Source: Octopus sinensis (lineage: Eukaryota). Taken from it: a stretch of DNA of 64,000 nt. Position numbers and translations under genes: made by a program. Within the stretch, counting starts at the first letter, position 1, and each line of letters begins with the position of its first letter. The stretch is taken from assembly GCF_006345805.1 (NCBI RefSeq), contig NC_042997.1:130076001-130140000 (forward strand). Reading direction: 5' to 3'. Below are positions 37,229 to 51,281 of the stretch, one piece after another. The notes under the pieces were generated by a model. That model searched no databases. It had not been told where the DNA came from and saw nothing but the letters and a program-made list of their open reading frames with translations.

Positions 37229-37418
37229 TAAGAAAATAAGATGATTAAGGAATTAATAATTATCTTATGAACTTCATTAGCTTACAGCTGTTTCGGCTAT
37301 AAGATGCAGTGAACTCGTAGTTGAGTACTTGAATCCACTGCATCCCATAGCAGAAACAGCTGTGAGCCAATAAAGTCTATAAGATAATTATTTATTCCTT
37401 TGCCATCTCATTTTCTTA
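37229..37418. repeat. Imperfect fold-back carrying GAAACAGCTGT in both arms
   Basis: cagctgtttcggctat..gatgcagtg versus cactgcatc..atagcagaaacagctg. Confidence 0.8.
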
Positions 37419-38955
37419 TTACTGTTCTGTACTCAACTAAAGCTTCATTCTGAAGCATATTGTATATTGAGTTCTACACCAGGTTATTAGTCTCACAATG
37501 CCTAGGTGAAATGTGTGTGTGTATGTACAAACATGCACGCACTCGTGCGCGAAACAGGCATCTTTGTAGTTTCTGTCTACCAAATCCACTCACAAGTCTT
37601 TGGTTGGCATGTGTCTTTAGTAGAAGACAAGATGTCACACAGTGAGACTGAACCCAAAACTGTGTGGTTGAGAAGCATGCTTTCTTCTTAACTACACAGC
37701 CATACCTGCGCCTTTCCATTTCACTTTTTATTCAATACAGCCCTTAGCCTGACATGTTGGATAGTTGACTCAATCAGTCTATTTTACACCCACAACCCAG
37801 TCCTTAGGTTGGATGCCTTTAGCAGAGCTCAATCTGTTGCAAGCATTCAGACCAATTTTCCAGTCTTTACAGTATCTTCCTCCCTGTCATTCTTATACAT
37901 GGGTGTTGACCATTCCTCTTTGACTAAGTCATAAAATAAATTGTACATTGATTGGGAGAGAAGTTTCTAGCAATAGCCCCTTCTGTTGTTAACAAACACA
38001 TGAATTGATAAAATAAACTGTATGTTGTAATAGGAATTAATATGTATCGATATGCATTTTTAAAATCTTATAAAATCAAATAATCCATCGAAGTAAAATT
38101 TAGTTATTTATGCAAAAAAGCCCATTTTTTTTAGCTAATTTTACTTTGATCTCTTCTAAAAGATGCAGTAACGTTCCTAAAGAGATGCTAAAATTCTTTA
38201 ACCTTCTTATGAGAAATTCTTAGAAAAATGTATTTTTGTCCTTTCACCCCTCTTACATTTCTTTACATTTATTTTCTATCAGACACAGCTGTGATGAAGA
38301 AGTTCACTTCCCAATCGCATGGTTTCAGGATTAGTCCTACTGTGTGGTACCTTGGGCAAGAGTCTTCCACTATAAGTCCTGGGCTGGCCAAAACCTTGTT
38401 TGTTAGTGGGTTTAGCCAACAGAAATTGAATAAGGCCAGCCGTGTGCCTGTGTGTGTGTGTCACTTTGTCTTGATGTCATATGATAGTTGTAAGTGCGCA
38501 TCACCATCATGCAAATGGTGCCATTCATTTCTGAGTCTTCTGTGAAATCATAGCCAACCAAGGGGAAATATTTTCTTTCTTGCAAACCAATGAAGTATAT
38601 CAACAGCAATGGTATCCAGCTATAGGTAGTCTATTTCAATGGATTCCCCCTAACTTATGCTAGCATGGGAAAGTGGTCATTAAAACAATGATGGAGGGCT
38701 CATGGTGTAATGGTAGCACATCTGACGTTCAATCAGAAGGAATGTGTTCGATTCTCACAACTACCTGAATCCATTTTGTCCAACCCATGCCAGCAGGGAA
38801 AACAGACGTTAAATGATGAGGATAATGATGATTATAATGATTGAAATATTAACATTTTTTGTTCTTATGTGTAAGGGAGTCTATTAAACAAATCTTTACC
38901 TAAAAAAAGAAAATGACTACCAAAAAACCTAAATAGTTTTCTGTTTGTGTTTCAG

Positions 38956-39035
38956 GCAGTAATGATTACCAGTTGGTGACTTGGTCAAAGGATCAGAGTT
39001 TAAGAATTTGGAAAATAGATTCTAACTTGCAGAAG
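38956..39035 (+). CDS. WDR59: WDR59 exon 11 (SNDYQLVTWSKDQSLRIWKIDSNLQK)
   Basis: ttcag/gtaag, 80 nt. Confidence 0.95.
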
Positions 39036-39732
39036 GTAAGATTACTTTAAGCTTAATCTGATGATTTGGAGGTTAGCTTTTATTACATGCTGCTTACATT
39101 TATTGTTTTTTGTGTTGAAATATGTGTTAGACTAGTCCCAACTATGGCTGTGTGGTTGAGAAGCTTGCTTTTCAGCTATATAGTCTTGGCTTTAGTCTCA
39201 CTGTGCAGCACGTTGGGCAAGTGTCTGTTATTGCTCTAGGCTGACCAAAGCCTTGTAAGTAAATTTGGTTGATGGAAACTAAAAAGAAGCCCATTGTATG
39301 CATTAAATGTGTGGTGCACGTTTGTGTACCTTTGTCTTGTAGGTGTCATTGTCCTACAAGTCTTGTTCATTTTCAGCTTCCCATGGAAAACATACTTGGC
39401 CATGGGAAATATTACCATGCTTGGGTTGGTGACAGGATGGGCAGTGGGCAGTAGAAAATCTGCCTCAAAAAATTCCATCGAAGCCATGAAATCATGGAAG
39501 AGTGAACATTAAATGATAATGATTTTGAAAATTTGAATGTGTTTATATTATTAAAGTGAGATGGACAGCATTGGCAGTGCTGCCACTGAGGGAGTGTCTA
39601 CACAGTCATTTGATCCACTGGCAATATCAGCCAAATCTTCTTCATATCACAGTTTACTGCCTTAAAAAATGTAGAGCGCATTGGATAATGTCATCTAGAT
39701 ACACAATACTTCAGTAAAAGATAAGATGATCA

Positions 39733-40134
39733 AGATCTTTTTGGTTTGAACCGCAGTTTTTTCTAGTGGTGTCATATGAAATTGTCACCCATAATCATGA
39801 CCCTAGTATCGATCTATTGCATTTCAATCTGTTTTAGGGTTTGGGGTGGGTATCTTTTTTTTTTCACAAATGTAAATAAACCCAATCTGTTTCTTAAATG
39901 AAGGACATATTCATACGGCACAGAATGTTTTTTACCTCAATGGATGTCATTGATTGGTTGAAATTGCAGAAATTGAAGAAAAAAACAACAAATATCTTAC
40001 AAACTATAGAATTTTCTCAATAAAGCCAAGAGAAAAAGATGTTTTATAAACACATTCTACCAGTATACGAAGTTTAAAATTTTTTAGTTACCTAGAAATT
40101 ATGTTAAAAACTGCCGTTCAAACCAAAAAGATCC
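39733..40134. mobile_element. Second copy of the same MITE
   Basis: Colinear with 35466-35879; perfect TSD gatgatca (39725-39732, 40135-40142). Confidence 0.88.
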
Positions 40135-40356
40135 GATGATCATGGCTGCAATGCCTTTAATCACAGGTCTTTTAGGTTAGAGCTGACCTGGGATGAAACA
40201 GCAATGACAAGGAAGGACACATTAAATGATGTAGTCCTGGATATGTTATATCTGAATAAAAGGTAGAAACAGCGACCACTTTTTAAGGTTGTAGGTATGG
40301 TTGTGTGGTTAAGAAATTCATGTCCCAGTATATGGTTTCAGGTTCAATACTATTTA

Positions 40357-40525
40357 AATAATAATAATAATGAAATTATTGTATACAGTGCTCAGGTGCA
40401 CCACAACTTGTCAAAAGTGCATATAAAGCATATGCAGTAATGTACAAATGTCTGGGAAGTGAACAGTGTATGAGTCAGATACATGCTTGCATGTGTATGG
40501 AGGGGAGGAAATCAGATGTAATGTT
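40357..40525 (-). mobile_element. 3' UTR fragment of the same LINE group
   Basis: Shares tacagtgctcaggtgcaccacaac and the (ATT)n tail with 16322-16595. Confidence 0.8.
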
Positions 40526-41161
40526 ATATGGTGTCTTGGACAAGGGTCTTCTGCCATAGCCATGGCTCAAGCAAAAGCCTTCTGAGAGAAATTTAGTAGA
40601 TAGAAAATTGTGCAGAAGCCTGTCAGAGTGACCATTCCTATTCTTGGGTGGTTGAATAAATCTAACTTAAATAGTGACTAAATAGTAAAGTCCACTCTAT
40701 TGCAAGCATTTAAGTCAGGTCACCTATTTGAAGATACCCCTTCCACCAGTTTCAGAGACCTAATGAAAGATTTTTGGCCTGCCTACCTCCTAAAAAGAAA
40801 GCCAAAATATGTCTCCCTCCAGTCTCCTGATAAATATTAACTGTAAAATAAATATACTCTGTTAATTGGTTATTATATATTTCTTGACAGAGATTTTTTA
40901 TTTCCAAGGTAAGTATCCCTCCACCTCCTCGGCTAATACCTACCTCAATTCACTACCTCCCAATGTCTGCCAATTTTTCTTCCTCTATTTACTATGAAGC
41001 AGGTTGGAGCAGTGAGCAGAAGTTGGGTGGGGTAGGGGAGTAAACAAGTTTCCTCTTCTTTCTGTCCTTCAGTTTTATTCTCCATTTTCCTTTTACCCTT
41101 TTCCAAATATTTTTTATCCTTTTCCATTTTTACAATATTAAATTTTTATTGAAAGTTATCT

Positions 41162-41375
41162 GATGGTGGCAAGCTGGCAGAAACGTTAGCACGCCGGGTG
41201 AAATGCATAGCCATGTTTCGTCTACCATTATGTTCTGAGTTCAAATTTCGCCGAGGTCAACTTTGCCTTTCATCCTTTCGGGGTCGATTAAATAAGTACC
41301 AGTTGCGACTTAATCCATTTGTCTGTCCTTGTTTGTCCTTTCTGTGTTTAGCCCTTTGTGGGTAGTAAAGAAATA
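41162..41375 (+). mobile_element. SINE family B
   Basis: Consensus match; flanking agttatctg repeat. Confidence 0.85.
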
Positions 41376-41481
41376 GTTATCTGCTGCATCACAGTCACCT
41401 GACTCCTGAGTCTCTCTCCAGCAGAGATTTAATCATCCAAGTTACAATGTCAAGAAATGCTTTCCAAGAACTGTTATTCAA

Positions 41482-41935
41482 CATCATCATCATTGTTTAA
41501 ACGTCTGTTTTCCATGCTGGCATGGGTTGGACAGTTTGACTGAGGTCTGGAAAGCCAGCAGTTGCACCAGACTCCAATCAGATCTGCCAATGTTTCTACA
41601 GCTGGATGCCCTTCCTAATGCTAACCACTCCGAGAGTGTAATGGGTGCTTTTTTATGTGCCACTGGCATGGGAACCAGTCAGGTGGACCTGGCATCGACC
41701 ACATTCAGATGGTGCTTTTTTTGTGCCACTGACATGGGAGCCAGTCAGGGGGCACTGGCATCAACGACGTTCGGATGGTGCCTTTTACATGTCACCATCT
41801 TGGGAGCCAGTCAGGCAGACCTGGCATCAACCACGTTTGGATGGTGCTTTTTACGTGCTACTGGAATAGGAGCTAGTCAGGGGGCACTGACATCAACCAT
41901 GTTCAGATGATGCATTTTATGTGCCACCAGAATGG
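41482..41935 (-). mobile_element. Family A repeat
   Basis: Reverse complement of the consensus, with tandem subunits. Confidence 0.85.
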
Positions 41936-42178
41936 GAGCGATTTGAAATTCTCCAGATTTTCACTGGCTGTTAAAGAGTACCATTAAAAAATAGTTTGGT
42001 GTGGAGACCATTTCTCAGGTTGTTAAGAGTTCATACATTGGGGGTGGAATGCCTTGCATTAATCATTCCAGTTCTCTTCATTCTGAGTTCAAACCCTGCT
42101 GCTGTCAGCTTTGCTTTTCATCCTTTCAGAGTTGATAAATAAAGCACTGGTCCAGTAAGGGGCTCAGTTTCTTTTCTT

Positions 42179-42238
<60 letters not shown>

Positions 42239-42339
42239 CAAGTCAGCTGTATTCAGACTTGAAGAGAGATGGGCCCCACCTGCTTTAAAATGAATAAGAT
42301 ATGCTGCATGTCAATATGGCATGTCTGTCACTGGACAGG

Positions 42340-42600
42340 CTCCTGTGCATGTGGCACATAAAAAGCACCATTTGAGTGTCGCCATTGCCAGTACCACCTG
42401 ACTGGCCCTCATGCCGGTGGCACATAAAAGCACCCACTACACTCTCGGAGTGGTTGGCATTAGAAAGGGCATCCAGCTGTAGAAACTCAGCCAGATCAGA
42501 TTGGTGCCTGGTGCAGCCATCTGGTTTGCCAGCCCTCAGTCAAATCGTTCAACCCATGCTAGCATGGAAAGCGGACGCTAAACGATGATGATGATGATGA
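42340..42600 (+). mobile_element. Family A repeat
   Basis: Consensus match, (GAT)n tail. Confidence 0.85.
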
Positions 42601-44244
42601 TCTGGTCATATTTGTTTGTATGTGTAATGGCTCTCTCATTCTTTCTATTTATATTTCTGTGTGCGTATGTGTGTGTGTTTGTATTTACCTCCAGTACCAA
42701 AACATATTTCCTCCCAAACAGCTTGAATCTCCAGTCAGCCATGCCAGATCATTAACATGCAGACAGCCATTTCCAATCATTTCATTTTTCTGACTCACTG
42801 ATTGTTTCCTATTTCATATACATGTGAGAGACATAACCTTTTGAATGCAAGAAATCTCAGTAAGAATTGTACCATGGGAAGTGGAGAATATCATTGTATG
42901 TGGGTACTTCTGCTAGATAATAATACTGCTCTTTTGACGAATAATTTATCTTGACAATCTTAGTTATTTCATGAGAAACTACTTGCTGTTTTATATATTA
43001 GTTTAATGTGCGTGTGTGTGTGTTAGTGCATGCATGTGCATATACACACCCAAATGCATATATATAAATAAAGGAAGAAAATGTGAATTTCATAAGTTAC
43101 ATCATGGACAACCCATGAAGGCACTGGTTCCAAATATGAACTGATACAGGGATTAAAAGACTAGCACTGTCACAGATAACATCTCTTGTATCTGTAGTTT
43201 GATGAAATGCACTTACTCTTTGCCGTAATGGAATTGGTGATAGAAAAAGCATCCAGCTGTAAAAATCCTTCCCCTCCCTGCAAAGAAAAAAATGAAGCAG
43301 GAAATAGATGGAGGGGGGCTCCAAAAGGGGTCTCAGGGAGTAGCGTCCTTGCCTTCCTGAGCTAGTTTTCCACCACATTTCTTAAAAATCATAGTAGAAA
43401 CCTTGATCTCGGGATCACTCATGTCTAGAAACTGAGGTTGGGGGCAAGCTCCCCCATAGAAAATCCAGCTCCAAAAAAGCCCCATGACAGCAAAGGAGAA
43501 TGGGCACCAGCCAGCCCAAAAGTTGGGGTGGGCTGCACCTGCCTACCTCAGTTACTATAGCATTGAGGTAAATCCAGCCACCCCCATTAACAGAGACAAA
43601 GCCCGGATTTAAAACACTGGACTCTGCAAAGTGCATTACAAGCAAACTGTAGAGGAGAATGATAACTCCAAAAGAAAACTGATGTGAAGTATAGGGGTAT
43701 ATTTAGTTCCTCATGTCTAGTGCCTATGACATGGTGAAATACACCCAGTTCATTTTGTAATAGGGATAAGAATGCTTTAAAACCTGTCCAACCTTTGCAT
43801 GTATGGAATACTGGAGCAAAAAATTATACCATTACTATTTATCTTTTACATGTTTCAGTCATTAGACTGTGGCCATGCTGGGGCACTACTTTGAAGGATA
43901 TTTTTCTTTATCAGATGAATTGACCCTGGTACCTTTTTTTTTAGGCTTGGTACTTATTCTATCAGTATTTTTTGTTGAGACACTAAGTTATGGGGGTGTA
44001 AACACACCAAAACCAGCTGTCAAGCTGTGGTGGGGGACAAACACACACACACCTATGACAAGCTTCTTTCAGTTTCCATCTACCAGATCTACTCACAAGG
44101 CTTTGGTCAGCCCAAGGCTACAGTAGAAGACTCTTACCCAAAGTGCAGTGCAGTAGGACTAAGCCTGGAACCATGTGGTGTGAAAGTGAGCTTCTGATCA
44201 CACAGCCATGCCTGCACCTGTATGAGGAAAAAATTAGTATTGAT

Positions 44245-44778
44245 GTGAGACCATAACCTTGTGGCCTATGCCAGGGGTGTAACCAGCCAACTTATGTGTA
44301 CCTTTTCTTCATGGGACACTAAACTCTGCTTGCGAAGACCTGTTGAGGCAAGTGAAATCAAAATCAAATTTGATGACTGGCATCTGTGCTAGTGGAATGC
44401 TAAGAGCACCATCCGAACGAAATCGTTGCCAGAGCAGCTAACTGGCTTCCGTGCCGGTGGCACGTAAAAAGCACCATTCGAGCGTGATCGTTACCAGCAT
44501 TGCCTTACTGGCACATGAAAAAACATTCAAGCGAGGTTGTTGCCAGTGCCACTGGACTGGCTCCTGTGCAGGGGGCACGTAAAAAAACACCATTTGAACA
44601 TGGTTGTTGCCAGTACCGCCAGACTTGCCCTCATGCCAGTGGCACGTAAAAACACCTACAACACTCTCGGAGTGGTTGGCGTTAGGAAGGGCATCCAGCT
44701 GCAGAAACTCTGCCAGGTCAGATTGGAGCCTGGTGCAGTCATGCTAGCATGGAAAGCAGATGTTAAACGATGATGATG
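44245..44778 (+). mobile_element. Family A repeat
   Basis: Consensus match, (GAT)n tail. Confidence 0.85.
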
Positions 44779-45909
44779 AAATGTAAATTTAGGTAAATTA
44801 GCTGCAGTAAAAGTATCAAAACATGTAGTAGAGCAGTTTATTCTTTCAAAGCTAATGTTTTACCCTATGATTAACCAAAGCTTCTCCCTCACTTGTGATC
44901 ATTCAAACAACAGATAAATCTTTTTGCAATCAGAAAGAGTGCATTTGGTGAAACAGCTTTGGATGGGAGTGTGTGTGTAGATTTTTTATTTTCTTTTATT
45001 GAAACTAAGAGTTTGTCTTACACCTGTTATATTCAGGTGAGAGACCACACCTTGTACATATTCAGCACATGTACAAGTTGTGGTTTATCACGTGAATATC
45101 ACAGGCATGAAACTTGAGTAATGAGACAAACTCACGCCCTTGTCTCATTCATCTGACATGTACAAACATGTATATGTACAAACACACACACACACACACG
45201 ATATTTATATGTGTTTACTAAATTCTTTGTTAACTTTTGGGGGAAAATAGATAGTGACATTTTTGGAGAAATAAAATGTTTTGATGTTCATACCTGTACA
45301 AATCTAAATGAAGAGATACCTGTACATACTTGTACAAATCTAAATGTTCATACCTGTACATACCTGTACAAATCTAAATGAAGAGAAATAGTTTAATTTA
45401 AGAATCAAAACTAGAGAAGTGATCTAGCTTGATAGGAACTTTTATCTGAATGAATAAATTTTGATTATAAATGTACACACACACACACAAGCATATGTGT
45501 GTGTGTACATATATGCCACAAAAATGCATGTAACACATGCTATAAAGTGGCTGGTTATTTTAAAGGGTATCCAGCCATAGAAGCCATACCAAAGCAGATC
45601 CTGGAGCATTTTGCAGTCCTTGGACCCATCAAATCATGTCAAACCATTCAACCCATGCCAACATGGAATAAGGGCATTAAATGTCTATGTGTGTGTGTGT
45701 GTGTGTAGGTGCATATATATTTTCATGGACATTAAATGGCTATGTGTGTGCGTGTGTAGGTGCATATATATTTTCCTAATACATGTATGTAAGCATTTGA
45801 TTTAATACAAATTTGAAAAGAAATATTTGGTAAAAATGTCTCATTTTTATCTGAAGGAAAATAATGACTGTATATTAAAGCAAATATTATTTTTTCTACT
45901 TTATACTAG

Positions 45910-46110
45910 TTGTGTCGTCAGGATGCTGCAAATTTTATGGATGATAATATTCCAGAAAATCTGTTACCCGAAGATGATGAAATTGCCAGAGTCAGTGTTA
46001 GTGCTGGAACTCGAGAGCCTTCATTTACATCAATATTTCATCAGCCACAAACCTTGTTACAAGAGTTTTCTTTAGTTAACAAAGATATTCCTAGAGTTGC
46101 ATTTGAAAAG
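45910..46110 (+). CDS. WDR59: WDR59 exon 12 (LCRQD...QPQTLLQEFSLVNKDIPRVAFEK)
   Basis: actag/gtaat, 201 nt. Confidence 0.92.
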
Positions 46111-46369
46111 GTAATGCTATTCTTGTGTTTCCTTTTAATTTTTCCTCTTTCTTTGTTTATTCTTATTGTTTCAGCATCTAATTCTCAAACAGCTCTACTT
46201 CCAATAAAATCCATTTACTCCTGTTATTTCTATGTCATCCCCGTTCCATATTGTTAGACTATTTCTGTAGTACTTACACAATCATACAATACCTCACCAC
46301 TCCATTGGCTAAAGTCACCTCAGAAGACACTCTACTGATATTTTTACTACAATTGTTTCTAGATATAGT

Positions 46370-46908
46370 GACCGAGACCTTTGGCAGTGACTGAGACCTT
46401 TGGAAGTATGCTGTTCGTGAGAAGACCCAGCAGGACAAGTAAGACCATAACCCGTGGCCTCTACCTGGGATGTAGCCAGCCCACTTATGCATACCTTTCC
46501 TTCTTGGGAGACAAAACTCTGCTTGCGAAGACTGGTTGAGGCAAGTGAAATCGGAATCGAAATCGCTCAAAAATCAATGGAAATTGTAGTTGTGATGCCA
46601 GTGCCGGTGGCATGTAAAAGAACCATCCGAACATGGCCGTTACCAGTGCCGCCCCGTCTGGCCTCCGTGCCGGTGGCACGTAAAAAGCAACAACCGGTCG
46701 TGGCCGTTGCCAGCCTCTCCTGGCACGTAAAAAGCACCCACTACACTCACGGAGTGGTTGGGGCGTTAGGAAGGGCATCCAGCTGTAGAAACACTGCCAG
46801 ATCAGACATGGCCTGGTGCAGCTTCCTGGCTTCCCAGACCCCAGTCAAACCGTCCAACCCATGCTAGCATGGAAAGCGGACGTTAAACAATGATGATGAT
46901 ATGATGAT
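46370..46908 (+). mobile_element. Family A repeat
   Basis: Consensus match, (GAT)n tail. Confidence 0.85.
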
Positions 46909-47199
46909 GAATTGTTCCTAGATATCTGTTAGACTGACATTCTATTGTAATACAGTTAATTCTGGCATTGAAGTGAGCCATACTTTTACAAGACATTGTA
47001 GATGACAAATCAGATGATAATTCCATTAGAATAGCTTACTCCATAAACAAATTGAATGATAACAAAGGTAAAGACTATTGGAACAAGAAAAAACAATTAG
47101 ACAATAAACATTTTAATGAGAAGTTAAAGTCAATTTGAAAGCATGTAGGCAAGAAACTGGAATAAGATATACATTACTGTATTTAACAACATATAACTG

Positions 47200-47560
47200 T
47201 TGTCATGCTGGAGCACTGCCTTTAGTCGGGCAAATCAGCCCCAGGACTTATTCTTTGTAAGCCTAGTACTTATTCTATCGGTCTCTTTTGCCGAACTGCT
47301 AAGTTACCTGAACGTAAACACACCAGCATCGGTTGTCAAGCGATGTTGGTGGGACAAACTCAGACACACAAACATATACACACACACACACATATATATA
47401 TATACGACGGGCTTCTTTCAGTTTCCGTCTACCAAATCCACTCATAAGGCTTTGGTTGGCCTGAGGCTATTGTAGAAGACACTTGTCCAAGGTGTCACGC
47501 AGGGGGACTGACCCCAGAACCATGTTGCTTAAGCTACTTACCACAGAGCCACTCCTATGC
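47200..47560 (-). mobile_element. SINE family C
   Basis: Colinear with 15228-15600. Confidence 0.8.
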
Positions 47561-48506
47561 CTTGCACTTTTTTCATTAAAAAATGTCTCAAAAATTACAC
47601 TGGGTCCAATATGTGAAGTTGGGCCTCCCACAAGCTAATTTTGTCTCTGACACTCACTACTGTGTGCTAATTTTAATCCAGATAGTCTTCTAGGCCTGAC
47701 TTCATAATGATAGTATTTAATTAAACATTATTATTGTTACATGTACTGTGAAAGGACTTGTCATAATAACAAGCTGATGACATTTGCCAATAACAGCTGA
47801 TCCATTTCAACTAAATATGCCTTAACACACTCCTACCAATCAATTGAAAACAACAGAAGGGGCAGAAGTGAAAGCAAATACTGGTAATGGTAAATTACTA
47901 ACCTTGGAAACATTAACATTAAGACTGAGAAGAAATATGAAGAAATATCTCCATCATTGGAATTAGCCAGAATATTTTCACTGTCATGATTTCTGTTCTT
48001 TGTTCAGATTTACTTCTAACTTAGTTTTACATTTTGTAATGTTTTCTGCTATAACTAAGGAACTTCTGTGAAATTTTACAATGTACTGCTACATTGTTTT
48101 ACTATTTAGCACTTAAATCAACCAGTAAGTTGGCCAGATCTGGCATTTCAAACCTATCATATAATGTCATACTAAACATATACAATCACATCATCAGAAT
48201 TTGAATGCTAAAAGATAATGCATTATTAATTCAAACAATGTTAATTAATAAGTACTACATTAAAGTACTAAAAACTTATTTTACTGGATTCGCACTGCTG
48301 AAATTGGGGTGCAACTAATATACCTGTGTGTTTTTATGTCATCAAATATGATAACAAAAGACAATGAGCTAATGGTCAAGAATTAGGATAGAAAGTTCCG
48401 TGTATTATATTGAATCATATTAAGCTCATAAATTAATGACAGACAAAATTATTCATATTTTTCTGTTGCTTTGACAAAACATCTCAGATTTTTAATTATA
48501 ATCATT

Positions 48507-48728
48507 GAGCTGGCAGAAACGTTAGCGCGCCGGGTGAAATGCTTATTTGTATTACGTCTGCTGTTATGTTCTGAGTTCAAATTCCGCCGAGGTTGACTTT
48601 GCCTTTCACCCTTCCGAGGTCAATAAATAAAGTACCAGTTACACACGGGTCGATGTAATTGACTTAATCCCTTTGTCTGTCCTTGTTTGTCCCCTCTATG
48701 TTTAGCCCCTTGTGGGCAATAAAGAAAT
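48507..48728 (+). mobile_element. SINE family B
   Basis: Consensus match; TSD taattataatcattg. Confidence 0.85.
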
Positions 48729-48774
48729 ATAATTATAATCATTGCTATGATGTTGATCTATTTTCTGTTCTCAG

Positions 48775-48939
48775 ATGGATGCTGATAGTCGAACCTGCAC
48801 AGTAAGTGCTGTCAGTAAAGGTCATTGTGCCTCTCTTGTTGTTACATTCCCTGTCAGTTACCCAAACAATGCTGCACCGACATTTCAATTCACTCAGAGA
48901 ACCACTCTACAGACATCACAGAAAAATGTCCTATTGCAG
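48775..48939 (+). CDS. WDR59: WDR59 exon 13 (MDADSRTCTV...FPVSYPNNAAPTFQF..., RWD-like)
   Basis: ctcag/gtgag, 165 nt. Confidence 0.94.
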
Positions 48940-49256
48940 GTGAGATGATCAAAATTTACATTTATTTTGTTATTGTATTCTGTCAAACCATCCATTTCAT
49001 GCTGGCACAGGAAACAGACACTAAATGGTGGTGTTGACTTAACATAATGTTCTGTATATTAAAGTTAGTTTATGTTACATACTGAACACCATATAATTAT
49101 GTTCTTTATACACTTGTAGAAACTTTATAATATTAACATACAATTACTGTATACAGATTATGGAGTTATCCCTCAGACATATGATAAAATCAACCATTCT
49201 CCTCAAATTTTCTCTTCTTTACAAGATGTTTGTTGTTTCTCTGAATTTTTCCTTAG

Positions 49257-49352
49257 GCTCTTGAAGACACATCACAGCAGCATGTCAAAAGAAATCGGTC
49301 TTGCCTGGAACCTTGCCTTAGGCAACTGACCGCCAACTTGGACAAGTTAACA
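49257..49352 (+). CDS. WDR59: WDR59 exon 14 (ALEDTS...SCLEPCLRQL...)
   Basis: cttag/gtaag, 96 nt. Confidence 0.94.
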
Positions 49353-49639
49353 GTAAGTTAGAGAAATAATTCTATTTCATACAAACTATTTATCAGGTTT
49401 AGAATTTAATCGGATCATTGTTTTAGTAAAGTGTAGATGTGCTAGAATCATTGTGTTAGCAAAATATGTTTGCTTTTGGACCATTTCTGTTTTGTCACAC
49501 TTCTTGTTTGAATTGGTGAAACAGCAGTTTCACCAGTTCGAGTAAGGAAAATCTACCATTCATGACTAGGTTTGTTAGGAGCAAAAATACTGCAGTCTTT
49601 TCTCTATAACTAACAACCCTTTAGCCTTACTTTTTTTCC

Positions 49640-51000
49640 CAGCCAATATTATCAGCTTCTCATTTGACAAATTTTCAGTATGGGATTAGAGCAACTCAAC
49701 CATAATATTTTCCATGACTTCTTCAAACTCTGTACCATTTGCTGATCTCAGAATATCTTACAGAGTTTGATGTAGACTTTCTGCCGGTGGAAAATCTGTA
49801 GGGACAAAGTTATAGTTTGACCAGGTTTACCAAACACTATTCATAGCTGAGCATTTTACTTCATTCCATGACTCAGCTCTGTTATCCATTGCCTCTATAA
49901 TGTTGAACTTTGTCCATAAGTCTCTATCAAAAGGTATGCTCTTCCCTATTACTTACTCATATGAATTATTTCTAAACTTTTCTTAAATAGCATACCTAGC
50001 TGGAGCAAAGCCGTTATGTTGTTGAAGACATATTACACTTTAACATTGCCAGAAACTTCATTGTCTAAAAGGAGCAATGCTTTGTTGAAAATGTTACGCA
50101 TGGCACCACTCTACACCAGAACAAATAGTTTGTAAATCAGTCTTGGGAAAAAGGCATCTTATTTCTTTATTGCCCACAAGGGGCTAAACATAGAGGTGAC
50201 AAGCAAGGGCAGACAAAGGGATTAAGTCGATTACATCAACCCCAGTGCTTAACTGGTACTTAATTTATCGACCCCAAAAGGATGAAAGGCAAAGTCAACC
50301 TTAGCAGTATTTGAACTCAGAACATAAAGACAGATGAAATACCTATTTCTTTACTACCCACAAGGGGCTAGACACAGAGGGGACAAACAAGGACAGACAA
50401 ACGGATTAAGTCAATTACATCGACTCCAGTGCGTAACTGGTACTTAATTTATCGACCCGAAAGGATGAAAGGCAAAGTTGATCTTGGCAGAATTTGAACT
50501 TAGAACATAAAGACAGACGAAATACTGCTAAGCATTTCGCCCGGTGTGCTAAAGTTTCTGCCAGCTCGCCACCTTAAAAGGCTTCTGATCAACCAAACCT
50601 TCTTATTTGAACACCAAGTTACAGATAGCCTTTGAAAGTCTTTGGATTTTCAGAGTGACACTCAAATAGAGGCATTTATTCATATTACCAGCAGCATTTC
50701 CTCTCCCAAGAAGCATCATTTGATTTTTTGGGGGAAGCTTTAAGGCCTAATACTGATTTGTCTTCACTAGAAATAAAGCCTTAGCAGAGCATGTGCTTCC
50801 AGAAAAGCCTAGTTTCATTAACATTTTATAACCTTCTTCCACCAAAATTTTTTTAGTTTCTCATGATAATTACTATCAGCCTCTGTTTCAGCATGACAAA
50901 TTCACTGATCATTTTAATATTGCGCTAATTGATATGCTTCTTAACATTTCAATGTAGCCTTTACTTGCAAAAAAAGAGTTTTACATCAGAAGTTACATCT
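49640..51000 (-). mobile_element. Tigger/pogo-type transposase remnant interrupted by SINEs
   Basis: Minus frames give NIFNKALLLLDN, FNIIEAMDNRAESWNEVK, MLLGRGNAAG, similar to Tigger DDE_1 motifs. Confidence 0.6.
50160..50577 (-). mobile_element. Two tandem SINE family B copies
   Basis: Reverse complement of the consensus twice, inserted in the Tigger remnant. Confidence 0.85.
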
Positions 51001-51281
51001 TCCATCTTTTACAAATTGACATACAAGCGTGTTCACAGACACATTATATCCAGTCTGATTGTTAATCTATACACAAGAACTGTTCCATTGTTTCTACCAT
51101 AATACAGTTGTTTCACTTACAGTAATAATTTTAGACAAAATCACTTAGACAAATACAACAAGGAAAGTAAAATTATTGTTGTTTGAACATTAACTTCTGT
51201 AAATGTCCTTTGACCTGTATTCTGTTTGAAACTGTTCTGTTTCAATATAAAGCTACAACTCAGTTTTTTTTTTTATTGTAG

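Noticed and set aside
45286-45388. Mosaic short repeats (tacctgtaca / aatctaaatg)
   Set aside because: A local slippage-type duplication with no evidence of function.
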